NCBI GenBank assembly: GCA_030524345.1
Contig: JAUNGP010000008.1
Span: 1,610-65,609, forward strand
Length of the DNA stretch: 64,000 nucleotides
Origin: Clostridia bacterium
GTDB lineage: Bacteria > Bacillota > Clostridia > TANB77 > CAG-465
Reading direction: 5' to 3'
Positions 1 through 9,651 of this stretch are shown piece by piece. The translations under genes and the position numbers were made by a program. The notes below the pieces were generated by a model, which was not told the DNA's origin, did no database searches, and was given only the letters and a program-made list of their open reading frames with translations. Positions within the stretch are counted from its first letter, which is position 1, and the number at the start of each line of letters is the position of its first letter.

Positions 1-236
1 TAATACTGATGAGCTTTTATTTGATTTTCAACATATGGATAACTTACAGTTATATTCAAATCACGGAAATTAGGATCCTCAAAAGAAAAAATTTTCCTTT
101 TATCCATTTTATTTTGTAGTTCTTTCCATTTTTCTACTGTGAAACGATTTGCAATAGTAAGTCCAATATCAATTGCTTTATCTACACTCATCATTTCTTC
201 ATGTCCATCATTAAATGTGACTTTGATTTCTTTCAT
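1..236 (-). CDS. hypothetical protein, C-terminal end at or beyond window start
   Basis: Minus-strand frame is open from ATG at 236 (MKEIKVTFNDGHEEMMSVDKAIDIG...) with GGAG 6 nt upstream. The in-frame ATG at 248 lacks an SD. The frame stays open to base 1 (last partial codon TA-). It is absent from the ORF track because it is truncated. Confidence 0.45.
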   Translation of the reverse strand, partial: MKEIKVTFNDGHEEMMSVDKAIDIGLTIANRFTVEKWKELQNKMDKRKIFSFEDPNFRDLNITVSYPYVENQIKAHQY

Positions 237-402
237 ACGCTTCTCCATTCTAGAATTTTCTATTATATTGTTATTTGGTAATAAAAATATTATATCATAT
301 TGCGAATGAGACGTCAATTTTGGTTTGACTAATGCCATATCTGATGTTATAATACCCTCAAAAATAATTAGCGATTTCAATATTTTGAAAGGAGAGAGAA
401 CA

Positions 403-819
403 ATGAAAAATTTTGTAAGTGTAAAAGAGATTTTTGATATGATTAATATTTATTCAGAAGAGATTATGCCTAGAGTTACCGAGCTTGAATGCAAAATTAC
501 TTTTATTGATACGCAGGAAGAGTTAAAGATACAAAGAAAAAAGATAATAGGTGTATTTGATGATCTAAAACTTTTGGAAAAGGAATTAAATGTAAAATGT
601 GAAGTTGAATTGAATGTTGTATACAGACTAAAAGACGGAGAAAATCATATTTTTAGAAGTGTTGGATTTTTGATGTTAGAAAATGTTGGAAAAGAAGTTT
701 TTGATGAAGCTGTATTTAACATGAGTGCTGAGCCAAGTGCAATATTTGCAAATGTTTATGAGTCTTTGGGAGAATTTGATAAGGAACTGATAAAGTCATA
801 TCTTATTATTGGAATATAA
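403..819 (+). CDS. hypothetical protein
   Basis: ORF 325..819. The internal ATG at 403 is preceded by GGAGAGAG (391-398). A hairpin terminator follows. No motif recognised. Confidence 0.55.
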   Translation: MKNFVSVKEIFDMINIYSEEIMPRVTELECKITFIDTQEELKIQRKKIIGVFDDLKLLEKELNVKCEVELNVVYRLKDGENHIFRSVGFLMLENVGKEVFDEAVFNMSAEPSAIFANVYESLGEFDKELIKSYLIIGI

Positions 820-834
820 TGTTAAAGCAATAGA

Positions 835-863
835 GTGTCACAAGTTTTTGTGGCACTTTTGTT
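835..863 (+). terminator. intrinsic terminator
   Basis: GTGTCAC (835-841) pairs with GTGGCAC (850-856) including one G-U pair, with an 8-nt loop, followed by TTTTGTT. Confidence 0.6.
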
Positions 864-930
864 GTATATCTAATGATTATTAGTATTGAAAAAGCATACA
901 ATTTAATATATAATGGATATATAATAGGAG

Positions 931-1479
931 ATGATGATTATGAAAAAGAAATTTATAAAAGATACCTATCTTCTAGGTGTAAGTGAATATGATATGAAAG
1001 TTATAAAAGATGAAAACAGAAATGCATATATCGCTGCAAAGCATGTCAAAGATATAGATAAACCATATATAGAAAATCATAGTGGAAAAAATATTTGTTT
1101 ACTTGATAATGGATACTATATTCTTGAGTATCTTCCTATTAATAGTAATTATACTGTTAGAGTATTTTTAAATGATAAAAAAGAAGTACAACAATATTAT
1201 ATAGATGTCACAAAGGAAAATGGGTATGAGAACGGTACTCCTTTTTATCTTGACTTATACTTGGATATCACAATTGATGTGCATAATGATAATAAAGTGA
1301 TTGTCTGGGATGAAAATGAATTAGAAGAGGCTGTAAGAACAAAGGATATATCAGTAGAAGATTATGATTTGGCATACAAGACTTTGAAAAGATTATTAGA
1401 TGAAATTAACAATCATTCTAATATGATTATTAATAATAATCATAAAGATATGATTGATGAAATATTAATAGGTGAATAG
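931..1479 (+). CDS. DUF402-like protein (Ntdp/FomD-type nucleoside di/triphosphatase fold, tentative)
   Basis: Pattern YYIDVT...PFYLDLYLDITID...VWDENELEEA matches my recollection of the DUF402 core. AGGAG lies upstream. The stop TAG at 1477-1479 abuts the next ATG. Confidence 0.5.
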   Translation: MMIMKKKFIKDTYLLGVSEYDMKVIKDENRNAYIAAKHVKDIDKPYIENHSGKNICLLDNGYYILEYLPINSNYTVRVFLNDKKEVQQYYIDVTKENGYENGTPFYLDLYLDITIDVHNDNKVIVWDENELEEAVRTKDISVEDYDLAYKTLKRLLDEINNHSNMIINNNHKDMIDEILIGE

Positions 1480-2037
1480 ATGAAGAAAATATTAAATGAA
1501 AAATTAGAATATAGTGGAAGAAGATTTGATGTAATTCATAAGGAAATAGAAGATGAAAATGGAAGATTTTATGAAAGAGATATTGTTAAAACAAATTCTG
1601 CTTCTCTAATACTTCCAATTACGAAAGCAAACGAAATCATATTTATTAAGCAATTCAGAGAAAGTATAGGTGAGGAAAGTTTAGAACTGCCAGCTGGTAT
1701 CATAGAAGATGGAGAGAGCCCTGAAGATGCAGCAAAAAGAGAATTAGAGGAAGAAACTGGTCTGATAAGTAATCAGGTTTTTTATCTTACAGAATTTTAT
1801 ACATCAGCAGGTTATACAAATGAAAAGGTATATGTTTTTGTTGCTAAAGATTTTGAAGAAGGAAACATGCATCTAGATAGTGATGAGCATATAAATGAGA
1901 TCTCTAAAATTCCTCTTGAAAAATGTCTAGAGCTTATCGAAAATAATTACTTTAAGCATGCTAATATTTACGTGGCGATATTAGTGTATTGTTTAAAAGT
2001 AATGAATCAAGATAAAAAAGATAATAAGTCTAAGTAA
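1480..2037 (+). CDS. NUDIX hydrolase (ADP-ribose pyrophosphatase-like)
   Basis: Nudix box [23 protein letters not shown] (GX5EX7REUXEEXGU). GGTGA SD lies inside the end of the upstream gene. Confidence 0.8.
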   Translation: MKKILNEKLEYSGRRFDVIHKEIEDENGRFYERDIVKTNSASLILPITKANEIIFIKQFRESIGEESLELPAGIIEDGESPEDAAKRELEEETGLISNQVFYLTEFYTSAGYTNEKVYVFVAKDFEEGNMHLDSDEHINEISKIPLEKCLELIENNYFKHANIYVAILVYCLKVMNQDKKDNKSK

Positions 2038-2074
2038 ACTATCAATAAAAGTGTTTAGTAAAGTAGGGGATGAT

Positions 2075-3319
2075 ATGAATAAGAATGAAAAAATATATAA
2101 AGTATTTAGAGTACTTGGATATGACTATTTTCTATATAATGTAATCATATTCTTATTTATTACTGAGGTAAAAGGAATCTCTGTATCAGAATATTTGTAT
2201 ATGAATTCTTTTTATTGTGCAGCAATTGCTATATTAGAGATACCCATGAATTATATTGTTGAAAGAATTGGAATAAAGAAAAGTATAGTGCTTGGAGGAT
2301 TTTTCTGGATAGTGCATTGCTTAATGATAATGTTATTTAAAGATTTTAAATTATTTTTACTTGCTAATTTATTTTGTGCTCTTGGAACTTCTTTTAAAGG
2401 GCTTTCTGAGACACAAATGCTTTACTCGAGTTTAAAATCTAGTAATAGAACAAGAGAATTTGCAAGGTTGGAAGGGAAATGTGTATCAAAATATTATTAT
2501 ATAGAAGGAATATGTAGTATTTTTGTTGGTTCATTATTTACTTTAAATAGTTACTTACCTATCAGTATTACGCTTATTATACTAATGATTGCCTTTTTAG
2601 TTTCTTTGAGATTTGATGAAGTAAAAGCATATAATCAGGATGGAGAAATTGGCGTTAGAGAATATGTAAAAGATTTTAAATTAGTAATTGGAAGCAGAAG
2701 AATCGTTTCTATACTATTATATGCTTTTTGTATGTCTGGAATTATAGGAGTTATGGCAACATTACAAAAAAGTTTAATTGTTGAATTAGATGTTAATGCT
2801 ACAGCTTATTCAATCATATTTGCAATTCTTACTCTTTGCATTGGTTTGGGATCAAGATTACAGAATAGAATTGAGAAATATACCAAAAGAAAAAATCTTA
2901 CATTTATTGGACTTACATATACTTTATTGTTTATGTTATTAGGTTCATTTAATATGCTCAATTTTAGCACTATATTTTTAATTGTAGTTACAGTAATTAT
3001 ATTATTTTTTCAAAACATATTACAAGGCGTATATCGAATTTCTGTAAAAAAATATATGAATAATTTTACTACATCAAGAGTGAGAGGAAAAATACTTGCT
3101 ATTTTTTACATTTTTGAAAATATTGGACAAACTCTATTTTTGTTTTTAGCGGGATATATCATAGATAGCAAAGGAACGAGTCTAACTACATTAATCATAG
3201 GAGGAATCTCTTTTATTATTATATTACTAGTATTAGGGTTTATGAAAAATAGGCTTGGCCTTGATCCAGAGCAATATGATAAAAAAGATATATTTTATAC
3301 TGATATAAGTAAGAAATAA
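2075..3319 (+). CDS. MFS-type transporter (multipass membrane protein)
   Basis: About 12 hydrophobic segments in a 6+6 layout with a central loop. ATG at 2075 follows AGGGGA. The ORF track start at 2051 is GTG without an SD. Confidence 0.55.
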   Translation: MNKNEKIYKVFRVLGYDYFLYNVIIFLFITEVKGISVSEYLYMNSFYCAAIAILEIPMNYIVERIGIKKSIVLGGFFWIVHCLMIMLFKDFKLFLLANLFCALGTSFKGLSETQMLYSSLKSSNRTREFARLEGKCVSKYYYIEGICSIFVGSLFTLNSYLPISITLIILMIAFLVSLRFDEVKAYNQDGEIGVREYVKDFKLVIGSRRIVSILLYAFCMSGIIGVMATLQKSLIVELDVNATAYSIIFAILTLCIGLGSRLQNRIEKYTKRKNLTFIGLTYTLLFMLLGSFNMLNFSTIFLIVVTVIILFFQNILQGVYRISVKKYMNNFTTSRVRGKILAIFYIFENIGQTLFLFLAGYIIDSKGTSLTTLIIGGISFIIILLVLGFMKNRLGLDPEQYDKKDIFYTDISKK

Positions 3320-3455
3320 CGAACTCTTCTCATATAATATATGGGGTGATCGTTTTGATAAAAATAAGAATAAATAATGCATCTAGGAAAAAAAGAATAG
3401 ATTTGAGTCTAGAAAGAAATGCGCTCAATATATTACATTTAAATAGAAGAAGATA

Positions 3456-3487
3456 AAGAGTATAAGAAGTAGTTCTTATACTCTTTT
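3456..3487. terminator. bidirectional intrinsic terminator
   Basis: AAGAGTATAAGAA (3456-3468), loop GTAG, TTCTTATACTCTT (3473-3485), flanked by A and T runs. Lies between the MFS gene (+) and mscS-like gene (-). Confidence 0.7.
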
Positions 3488-3492
3488 AAATT

Positions 3493-4554
3493 CTATTTTT
3501 TTAAATAAATTGTTTGTGATGGATAAGCAAGATCGATTTTATTTTTTTCAAGTATTTGTATGATTTTATAATTGATATTTTCCTTTAAACTGATATAGTC
3601 GGAATAACTTTTTAGTGGTGTTTTACAAGAAATGTAGATGTTATAACCTGAATCTTCCATTTCAGTAAACTTAACAGTAATTGTTTCATTTACGATATCA
3701 TCATAGCTTTCTAATAATGTTTGAACATCATTTGTAAAATTGCAAAGTTGTTTTAGGTTAGCACGATACTCAAGGATTAAATTCATTTTGATACGTCTTA
3801 AGTTCATTTTTGTCCAATTGATTACCGGACTATTTGCTATATCTGAATTTGGTATTGTAACAACAGAATCATCCCATGTTCTAATTCTTGTACTTCTAAA
3901 AGTGATTTCTTCTACAATTCCTTCATATTTTTCTGTTTGGATCCATTCTCCGATTGCAAAGGGTTTATCAAAAAATATTACCATTCCACCAAATAAATTT
4001 TTTGCTGTATCTTGAGCTGCTAGTGCTATTGTAACACCACTAAGTCCAAGACCTGCAATAAGTCCATTGATATCATATCCTAATTCACTGATTGATATAA
4101 CAATTGCAATACAGAAGATTAATACTCTGGCAATATTACATACTAGGTTAATAATTTTAATATCATGTGAAACTCTGGTCTTTTTTAAAAATGCTTTTAT
4201 AAATAATGAATTTGGTTTTAATGCATTACTTACAGAACAAGCAATTAAAATAATAATAGAGACTCTAAATAATCTATTTATAATTAAAAATAGACTATCT
4301 GGAACTCCCAAAAATAGGATTGCTAAATAGATTCCTAAAATCAAAAAGAAAATTTTTAAAGGCTTATATAAGGCACTGTTTTTTATTTTTTCATTATTTG
4401 TTCCTTTTATTTTAAATATTTTAATCATAATATAGGAAAGCAATGGTCTAATGATCAAGAAAAAAAGTACGATTCCAATAGCAATTAGAATTCTAGAAAA
4501 AGTACTTAATTCAAGGTTTGATATCTTAGTTATCATTTCATTTATTTTATCCAT
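3493..4554 (-). CDS. small-conductance mechanosensitive channel (MscS family)
   Basis: N-terminal TM helices followed by GGMVIFFDKPFAIGEWIQ...GIVEEITFRSTRIRTWDDSVVTIPNSDI, typical of the MscS beta-domain. GAGGAGG SD. Confidence 0.8.
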   Translation of the reverse strand: MDKINEMITKISNLELSTFSRILIAIGIVLFFLIIRPLLSYIMIKIFKIKGTNNEKIKNSALYKPLKIFFLILGIYLAILFLGVPDSLFLIINRLFRVSIIILIACSVSNALKPNSLFIKAFLKKTRVSHDIKIINLVCNIARVLIFCIAIVISISELGYDINGLIAGLGLSGVTIALAAQDTAKNLFGGMVIFFDKPFAIGEWIQTEKYEGIVEEITFRSTRIRTWDDSVVTIPNSDIANSPVINWTKMNLRRIKMNLILEYRANLKQLCNFTNDVQTLLESYDDIVNETITVKFTEMEDSGYNIYISCKTPLKSYSDYISLKENINYKIIQILEKNKIDLAYPSQTIYLKK

Positions 4555-4574
4555 TTTGGACCTCCTCTTTTGTA

Positions 4575-5090
4575 TTATTCATAATAAAAATTTGCAATAT
4601 CTTCATAGCTAAATGGCCATTTTAGCTTATCTAAGACATTACTATCTTTATCAATTAAGTATAAGCTTGGAATACCGGAGCTATTTTCATCAATTTTGTT
4701 TCTAATACTTTTATCAGGATCAAATATGACAAACCAATTTAGATTATTTTCCATTAGGTAGTTTTCTATTTCTTCATAAGATGTATCATGTGAAACGATA
4801 ATAACAGGAATATTTGGATTATTTTCAATATATTCTGTAATCATATTTTCTTCTTCTACACAATGTCCACACCAAGAAGCAAAAAAGACTACTAATGTGT
4901 TTTTAGATTGCAAGTAATGGTCTAAGTAATTTTCATCTACCTGTTTTAATATATAACTACTACGTTTTGCAGTTTTGATATAATCCGTTTGATTTGCTAT
5001 AAAATACCAAATGAAAAATCCTAACATTATTACAATGAAAAAAATAATACCAATTCGTTTATAGGCATATTTGTGCTGTTTTTGTTGCAT
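4575..5090 (-). CDS. membrane-anchored thioredoxin-fold thiol-disulfide oxidoreductase (TlpA/ResA-like)
   Basis: N-terminal TM helix plus WCGHC (CxxC) motif in FFASWCGHCVEE. GAGAGGAG SD. Confidence 0.75.
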   Translation of the reverse strand: MQQKQHKYAYKRIGIIFFIVIMLGFFIWYFIANQTDYIKTAKRSSYILKQVDENYLDHYLQSKNTLVVFFASWCGHCVEEENMITEYIENNPNIPVIIVSHDTSYEEIENYLMENNLNWFVIFDPDKSIRNKIDENSSGIPSLYLIDKDSNVLDKLKWPFSYEDIANFYYE

Positions 5091-5213
5091 ACTAGCTCCT
5101 CTCTAATATTTAAATTATATAATAACCAAATATAAAAATCAACAAATTTCGTATTTAAAGATATAGGAAAACACAAAAATATATATAATTTGCTGTAGAT
5201 ATAGGTGATTCAA

Positions 5214-5242
5214 TTGAAAAAAAAATCAGAATAGTATATAAT
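5214..5242 (+). promoter_or_regulatory. sigma-A type promoter of cysS
   Basis: TTGAAA (5214-5219), 17-nt spacer, TATAAT (5237-5242). Confidence 0.6.
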
Positions 5243-5282
5243 ATACAAAGTAAGTTTCATAAAATATATAAAGAAGGTGAAT

Positions 5283-6680
5283 ATGATGTTAAAATTATAT
5301 AATACGCTTACAAGAGAAAAAAGTGAATTTAAACCAATAGATAAAAATGGAAAGGTAGTAAAGATATATACCTGTGGTCCAACTGTATATAACTATGCTC
5401 ATATTGGAAATATGAGAGCGTATATTTTTATGGATGTTTTAAGAAAAGTATTAAAATATAATGGTTATGCGTTAGACCATGTGATGAATATAACTGATGT
5501 TGGACACTTGACTTCAGATGCTGATGAAGGTGAGGATAAGATGGCTAAATCTGCCAAAGAACAGCATAAGTCTGTCTATGAAATTGCAAAAATGTATACG
5601 GAAGCATTTTTAAAGGATATAGATGAATTAAATATTGAAAGACCAGAGCATATTGTAAAGGCAACAGATCATATTAAAGAAATGGAAGAATATGTCAAGG
5701 AAATTGTTGAAAATGGATATGGCTATGAGACATCCAAAGGAATCTATTTTGATACATCAAAGCTTCCATCATATGGGGAACTTTCAAAAATAGATTTAAA
5801 AAATCAAATGTCTGGTGCAAGAATTGAAGTAGATCCAGAAAAGAGAAATCCACTTGATTTTGCTCTTTGGATTAAAGCTCCAAAAGAACATATCATGAAG
5901 TGGGATAGCAAATGGGGACTTTGCTATCCAGGGTGGCATATTGAATGTAGTGCAATGTCTAGAAAATATTTAGGTGAAGAATTTGACATTCATACAGGTG
6001 GTGTAGATCATATTCCAATACATCATGAAAATGAGATAGCACAGTCTAAAGGTGCTACTGGAAAAAATCTTGCAAGGACTTGGATGCATGTTGAGTTTTT
6101 ACTAATTAATAATGGTAAGATGTCAAAAAGTCTTCACAATGTATATACATTAGAGGATTTAAAGAAAAATGGTATTGAACCACTTGCATATAGATATCTT
6201 ACATATTCGTCGCATTATAGAAATAAATTAAATTTTACTTGGGAGGGAATAAGAGCGGCTCAAGTATCATTAAATAGACTTAGGGAATTAACGTTGCAAC
6301 ATAAAGGTGTAAGATGTGATATTGCTAAAGATAAAATTGAAGATTTGGAAAGTAGATTTTTAAATGCTATCAATGATGATATCAATATACCGGCAGCTCT
6401 TGCTGTAGTATGGGAAGTAGCAAAAGAGCCAATTAAATCAGATAAGTACTATATGTTACTAAAGAAATTTGATACTGTATTATCTTTAAAGTTGGATAAA
6501 GAAGTGAAAGAAAATGAAAATGAGGAATATCCTGAGGAAGTTATGGAGATACTAAAACAAAGAAAAATAGCAAGGGATAATAAAAATTTTGAAGAATCTG
6601 ATCGATTAAGAGATCAACTAAAAGAAATTGGATATTTAGTCATTGATTCAAAAGAAGGACAAAAGTTAAAGAAAGTGTAG
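5283..6680 (+). CDS. cysS: cysteine--tRNA ligase
   Basis: Class I motifs HIGN (AHIGNMRAYI) and KMSKS (GKMSKSLHN), and CysRS-typical CYPGWHIECSAM. ATG at 5283 follows AGAAGG. Confidence 0.95.
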   Translation: MMLKLYNTLTREKSEFKPIDKNGKVVKIYTCGPTVYNYAHIGNMRAYIFMDVLRKVLKYNGYALDHVMNITDVGHLTSDADEGEDKMAKSAKEQHKSVYEIAKMYTEAFLKDIDELNIERPEHIVKATDHIKEMEEYVKEIVENGYGYETSKGIYFDTSKLPSYGELSKIDLKNQMSGARIEVDPEKRNPLDFALWIKAPKEHIMKWDSKWGLCYPGWHIECSAMSRKYLGEEFDIHTGGVDHIPIHHENEIAQSKGATGKNLARTWMHVEFLLINNGKMSKSLHNVYTLEDLKKNGIEPLAYRYLTYSSHYRNKLNFTWEGIRAAQVSLNRLRELTLQHKGVRCDIAKDKIEDLESRFLNAINDDINIPAALAVVWEVAKEPIKSDKYYMLLKKFDTVLSLKLDKEVKENENEEYPEEVMEILKQRKIARDNKNFEESDRLRDQLKEIGYLVIDSKEGQKLKKV

Positions 6681-6687
6681 GGATAAT

Positions 6688-7746
6688 ATGCCAATATTAA
6701 ATAAAAATAATAGGAAACAAGTAGAAAAATATAATAAATTTGTAAGAAACTATACAGGTGCTAGCCTTATGCAAGATCTTGCGTGGGGAAAAGTAAAATC
6801 AAATTGGATTCAAGAAGCTGTTTATTTAGAAGAAAAAGGTAAAATAACTGCTGCTATGATGATTCTGATAGAAAAAGTAAAAAAATTGAATACTACCATC
6901 ATGTATGCTCCACGAGGTCCAGTATGTGATGTATATGATATAGAAAAGGTAAAAAAATTGATTGCAGAAGTAGAACCTTTAGCAAAGAAATACAAATCTT
7001 TTGTATTAAAATTTGATCCACAAATCATATATGATGAAAAACTTGAAAACTTGTATAAAGAGGCGGGATTTAAAACATCAGGTAAAAATCCAAATCCCGA
7101 CACTGTGATTCAACCATCTCATAATATGGTTTTAAAAATAGAAAATAAAACTGCAGACGAACTTTTAAAAGGATTTAGTGAAAAAACTAGATATAATGTA
7201 AGACTATCAAAAAGAAAAGGCGTTATAGTAAGATTTTCTAGAGATGAAGAAGATTTGAAAACTTTTTATGAAATATATAAGATTACAACAATCAGAGATA
7301 AAATTGGCTGTAGACCGTATGAATATTTTAAAAGAATGCTTGATGCTTATGATGAAAATCAGCTAAGAATATATATTGCTGAACACGAAGGAGATAAACT
7401 ATCAGCTGCAATTGCTACTAATTTTGGTGGAGAGTTATTTTATTTATATGGTGCAAGTTCCAATGAAAAAAGGAATCTTATGCCAAACTATGCTATGCAA
7501 TGGGCTATGATTGAGTGGGGACTGGAAACAAAGTGTAAAACATACAATTTTGGTGGACTTTTAAGTTTGAATTTAGATAATGGATTGTACAAATTTAAAG
7601 TTGGATTCTGTAGGGAGGAAGGAATTGAAGAATATATAGGGGAAATTAATAAAGTTTATAAAAAAGGAATGTATTTTATGTATTCAAAAGGACTGCCTTT
7701 AATGCGAAGAACAAATAGGAAATTAAGAGGATTAAAGACTCATTAA
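6688..7746 (+). CDS. FemAB/FemX-family aminoacyl-tRNA-dependent peptidoglycan interpeptide transferase
   Basis: 352 aa. Motifs YAPRGP, FxxKTRYNVRLSxRKG and LFYLYGASSNEKRNLMPNYAMQWAMIEWG match my recollection of the FemAB family. There is no coiled-coil insert, which is FemX-like. Confidence 0.75.
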   Translation: MPILNKNNRKQVEKYNKFVRNYTGASLMQDLAWGKVKSNWIQEAVYLEEKGKITAAMMILIEKVKKLNTTIMYAPRGPVCDVYDIEKVKKLIAEVEPLAKKYKSFVLKFDPQIIYDEKLENLYKEAGFKTSGKNPNPDTVIQPSHNMVLKIENKTADELLKGFSEKTRYNVRLSKRKGVIVRFSRDEEDLKTFYEIYKITTIRDKIGCRPYEYFKRMLDAYDENQLRIYIAEHEGDKLSAAIATNFGGELFYLYGASSNEKRNLMPNYAMQWAMIEWGLETKCKTYNFGGLLSLNLDNGLYKFKVGFCREEGIEEYIGEINKVYKKGMYFMYSKGLPLMRRTNRKLRGLKTH

Positions 7747-7834
7747 AATAGCGTACTCTATTATAACAAACTAGTTATAATAGGGTATATTTATATAGGT
7801 TTTACGTATATATAAATATAAGAGGTATTTATAT

Positions 7835-8377
7835 ATGGAAAAAAAGAATATTTTAAAATATAGTATTATCGGTTTTTTTGTGATATCTATTATTGGTACA
7901 TTGCTTCACTTTACATATGATTTCTTTGGGAGAAATATATTAATTGCACCATTTAGTAGTGTAAATGAAAGTGTTTGGGAGCATGTAAAAATTGCGGTCA
8001 TGCCAGTGTTTTTATGGACGATATTGGAGTTTTGTGAAATGATGTATAGACCTAGGAATTTATGGACTTCATTACTTGTGAAAATACTTACAATTATGCT
8101 CATTATTATAACGGCATATTATACTTATACATATATTATTGGAAAGCATGTACTTTGGGTCGATATATCAATATTTTATATAGCAATTTTAGTTTCACAG
8201 TTACTTGGATATAAAGTTGCGACTTCTGGTGATGTAGATAAAAATAGAGAAGAAATATATCAATATATAACAATATTTTTGTTTATTTTATTTATCTTAT
8301 TTACATTTTTACCACCACGTTTTGAATTATTTAAAGATGAAACGACTGATACTTATGGCGTATTTGAATTAAAATAA
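7835..8377 (+). CDS. multipass membrane protein (DUF6512-like, tentative)
   Basis: Five hydrophobic segments and the motif PFSSVNESVWEHVKIAVMP. AAGAGG SD. Confidence 0.5.
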   Translation: MEKKNILKYSIIGFFVISIIGTLLHFTYDFFGRNILIAPFSSVNESVWEHVKIAVMPVFLWTILEFCEMMYRPRNLWTSLLVKILTIMLIIITAYYTYTYIIGKHVLWVDISIFYIAILVSQLLGYKVATSGDVDKNREEIYQYITIFLFILFILFTFLPPRFELFKDETTDTYGVFELK

Positions 8378-8392
8378 AAGGAGATGAATGAA

Positions 8393-8953
8393 ATGGGAAA
8401 ACAAACTTGGAAAGCGGGTACTTTTGTATATCCTATACCTGCTGTATTGGTCTCTTGCGGAGATGAAAAAGAAAAAAATGTATTAACGATTGCATGGACT
8501 GGTACGATATGTACAGATCCTGCTATGACATATATATCTGTAAGAAAGGAAAGATATTCTTATGATATTATAAAAAGAACAGGGGAATTTTGTATTAATC
8601 TTACAAATGAGGAACTAGCTTATGCAACTGATTTTTGTGGTGTAAAATCGGGAAAAAATATAGATAAGTTTAAGGAAATGAATCTTACACCAGAGAGAGC
8701 AACCTTTATTAAGGCTCCCATGATAAAAGAGAGTCCTGTTTCTATTGAGTGTAGAGTCAAAGAAATCAAGGAACTGGGTTCACATGATATGTTTATAGCA
8801 GAAGTCCTTGCTATTAATGTAGATGAAAAATATATGGATGAGACTGGAAGATTTGATATGCAAAAATGTAAGCTTATTGCTTATTCTCACGGACAGTATT
8901 ATAAACTTGGAGAAAAGATTGGAAAGTTTGGCTATTCTGTAAAAAAGAAATAA
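8393..8953 (+). CDS. flavin reductase family protein (FMN-binding split barrel)
   Basis: PIPAVLVSCG...NVLTIAWTG...P pattern and size typical of flavin reductase-like domain proteins. ATG 8393 lies 9 nt after AAAGGAG. Confidence 0.65.
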   Translation: MGKQTWKAGTFVYPIPAVLVSCGDEKEKNVLTIAWTGTICTDPAMTYISVRKERYSYDIIKRTGEFCINLTNEELAYATDFCGVKSGKNIDKFKEMNLTPERATFIKAPMIKESPVSIECRVKEIKELGSHDMFIAEVLAINVDEKYMDETGRFDMQKCKLIAYSHGQYYKLGEKIGKFGYSVKKK

Positions 8954-8959
8954 AATGAA

Positions 8960-8988
8960 TTGACAAGTCTGAGAGTATATGATATAAG
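8960..8988 (+). promoter_or_regulatory. sigma-A type promoter
   Basis: TTGACA (8960-8965), 17 nt, TATAAG (8983-8988), upstream of 9052..9564. Confidence 0.5.
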
Positions 8989-9051
8989 ATGGTTAGTTAA
9001 TTATAAGTAATATTTATTATAATTAAAATATGTTTTAGGAGGGTCATAGGT

Positions 9052-9564
9052 ATGACTATATCAATTCCAGATTATGAATTTTGTGAACCAACTGTTTTAG
9101 AAACTCAAAATATTCCCAATTCTGAGCATTTAGAAGCTATTGAAAAATGGATTGAACATTACAAAATGTTAGAAGCCGAAAAAATGCAAAGAGTAAGGCG
9201 GTTATATAATTGTGCTGGAAAAAATAAAAAATATCGGTATAAGAAAAAGCTTTGTCAAAATGTTGTAAAAAGAGCAATTAAGAAAAAGTCTTTAAAATAT
9301 AATGATAAGGGAATGTTAAAAATCAGACTTTGGCCAAGATTAGATGAAAATGGAAACAAATTACATGATAGCCGCGGTGTTGTAGTAAAGGTTGAACGAT
9401 ATGATATATTAGCTTTCGTTAGAATTTTGGTTGCAGCGAAAAGTTTGGGCAATGATATTTTTTATGAGTTCTTGTCAATATATGATGTAAAACAAATAAT
9501 GAATAATATTACGGAGGATTACTTTGGTGATTTAAGATTGTTTTTATCTAGAGATACAATATAA
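9052..9564 (+). CDS. hypothetical protein (basic central region)
   Basis: AGGAGGG SD. 170-aa ORF followed by a terminator. No family recognised. Confidence 0.55.
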   Translation: MTISIPDYEFCEPTVLETQNIPNSEHLEAIEKWIEHYKMLEAEKMQRVRRLYNCAGKNKKYRYKKKLCQNVVKRAIKKKSLKYNDKGMLKIRLWPRLDENGNKLHDSRGVVVKVERYDILAFVRILVAAKSLGNDIFYEFLSIYDVKQIMNNITEDYFGDLRLFLSRDTI

Positions 9565-9572
9565 AACTTTAG

Positions 9573-9605
9573 GCATATGATTATGAATTTAATCATATGC
9601 TTTTT
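9573..9605 (+). terminator. intrinsic terminator
   Basis: GCATATGATT (9573-9582) pairs with AATCATATGC (9591-9600), followed by TTTTT. Confidence 0.7.
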
Positions 9606-9651
9606 GAATATATCATATTGAAAAGTAAATAATATATAATGGTGATCAGTT

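Noticed and set aside
3355-3456. 33-aa basic mini-ORF (TTG start, GGGGTGA 6 nt upstream; MIKIRINNASRKKRIDLSLERNALNILHLNRRR) in the gap between the MFS and mscS-like genes.
   Set aside because: The SD spacing is plausible, but it has a non-ATG start and a tiny size, its end runs into the bidirectional terminator, and I have no conservation data. It is too weak to call a gene.
5091-5282. Looked for a T-box riboswitch upstream of cysS.
   Set aside because: I could find no specifier-loop/AGAGA architecture, no T-box consensus (GGTGGTACCGCG-like) and no terminator/antiterminator pair. Only a promoter is present.
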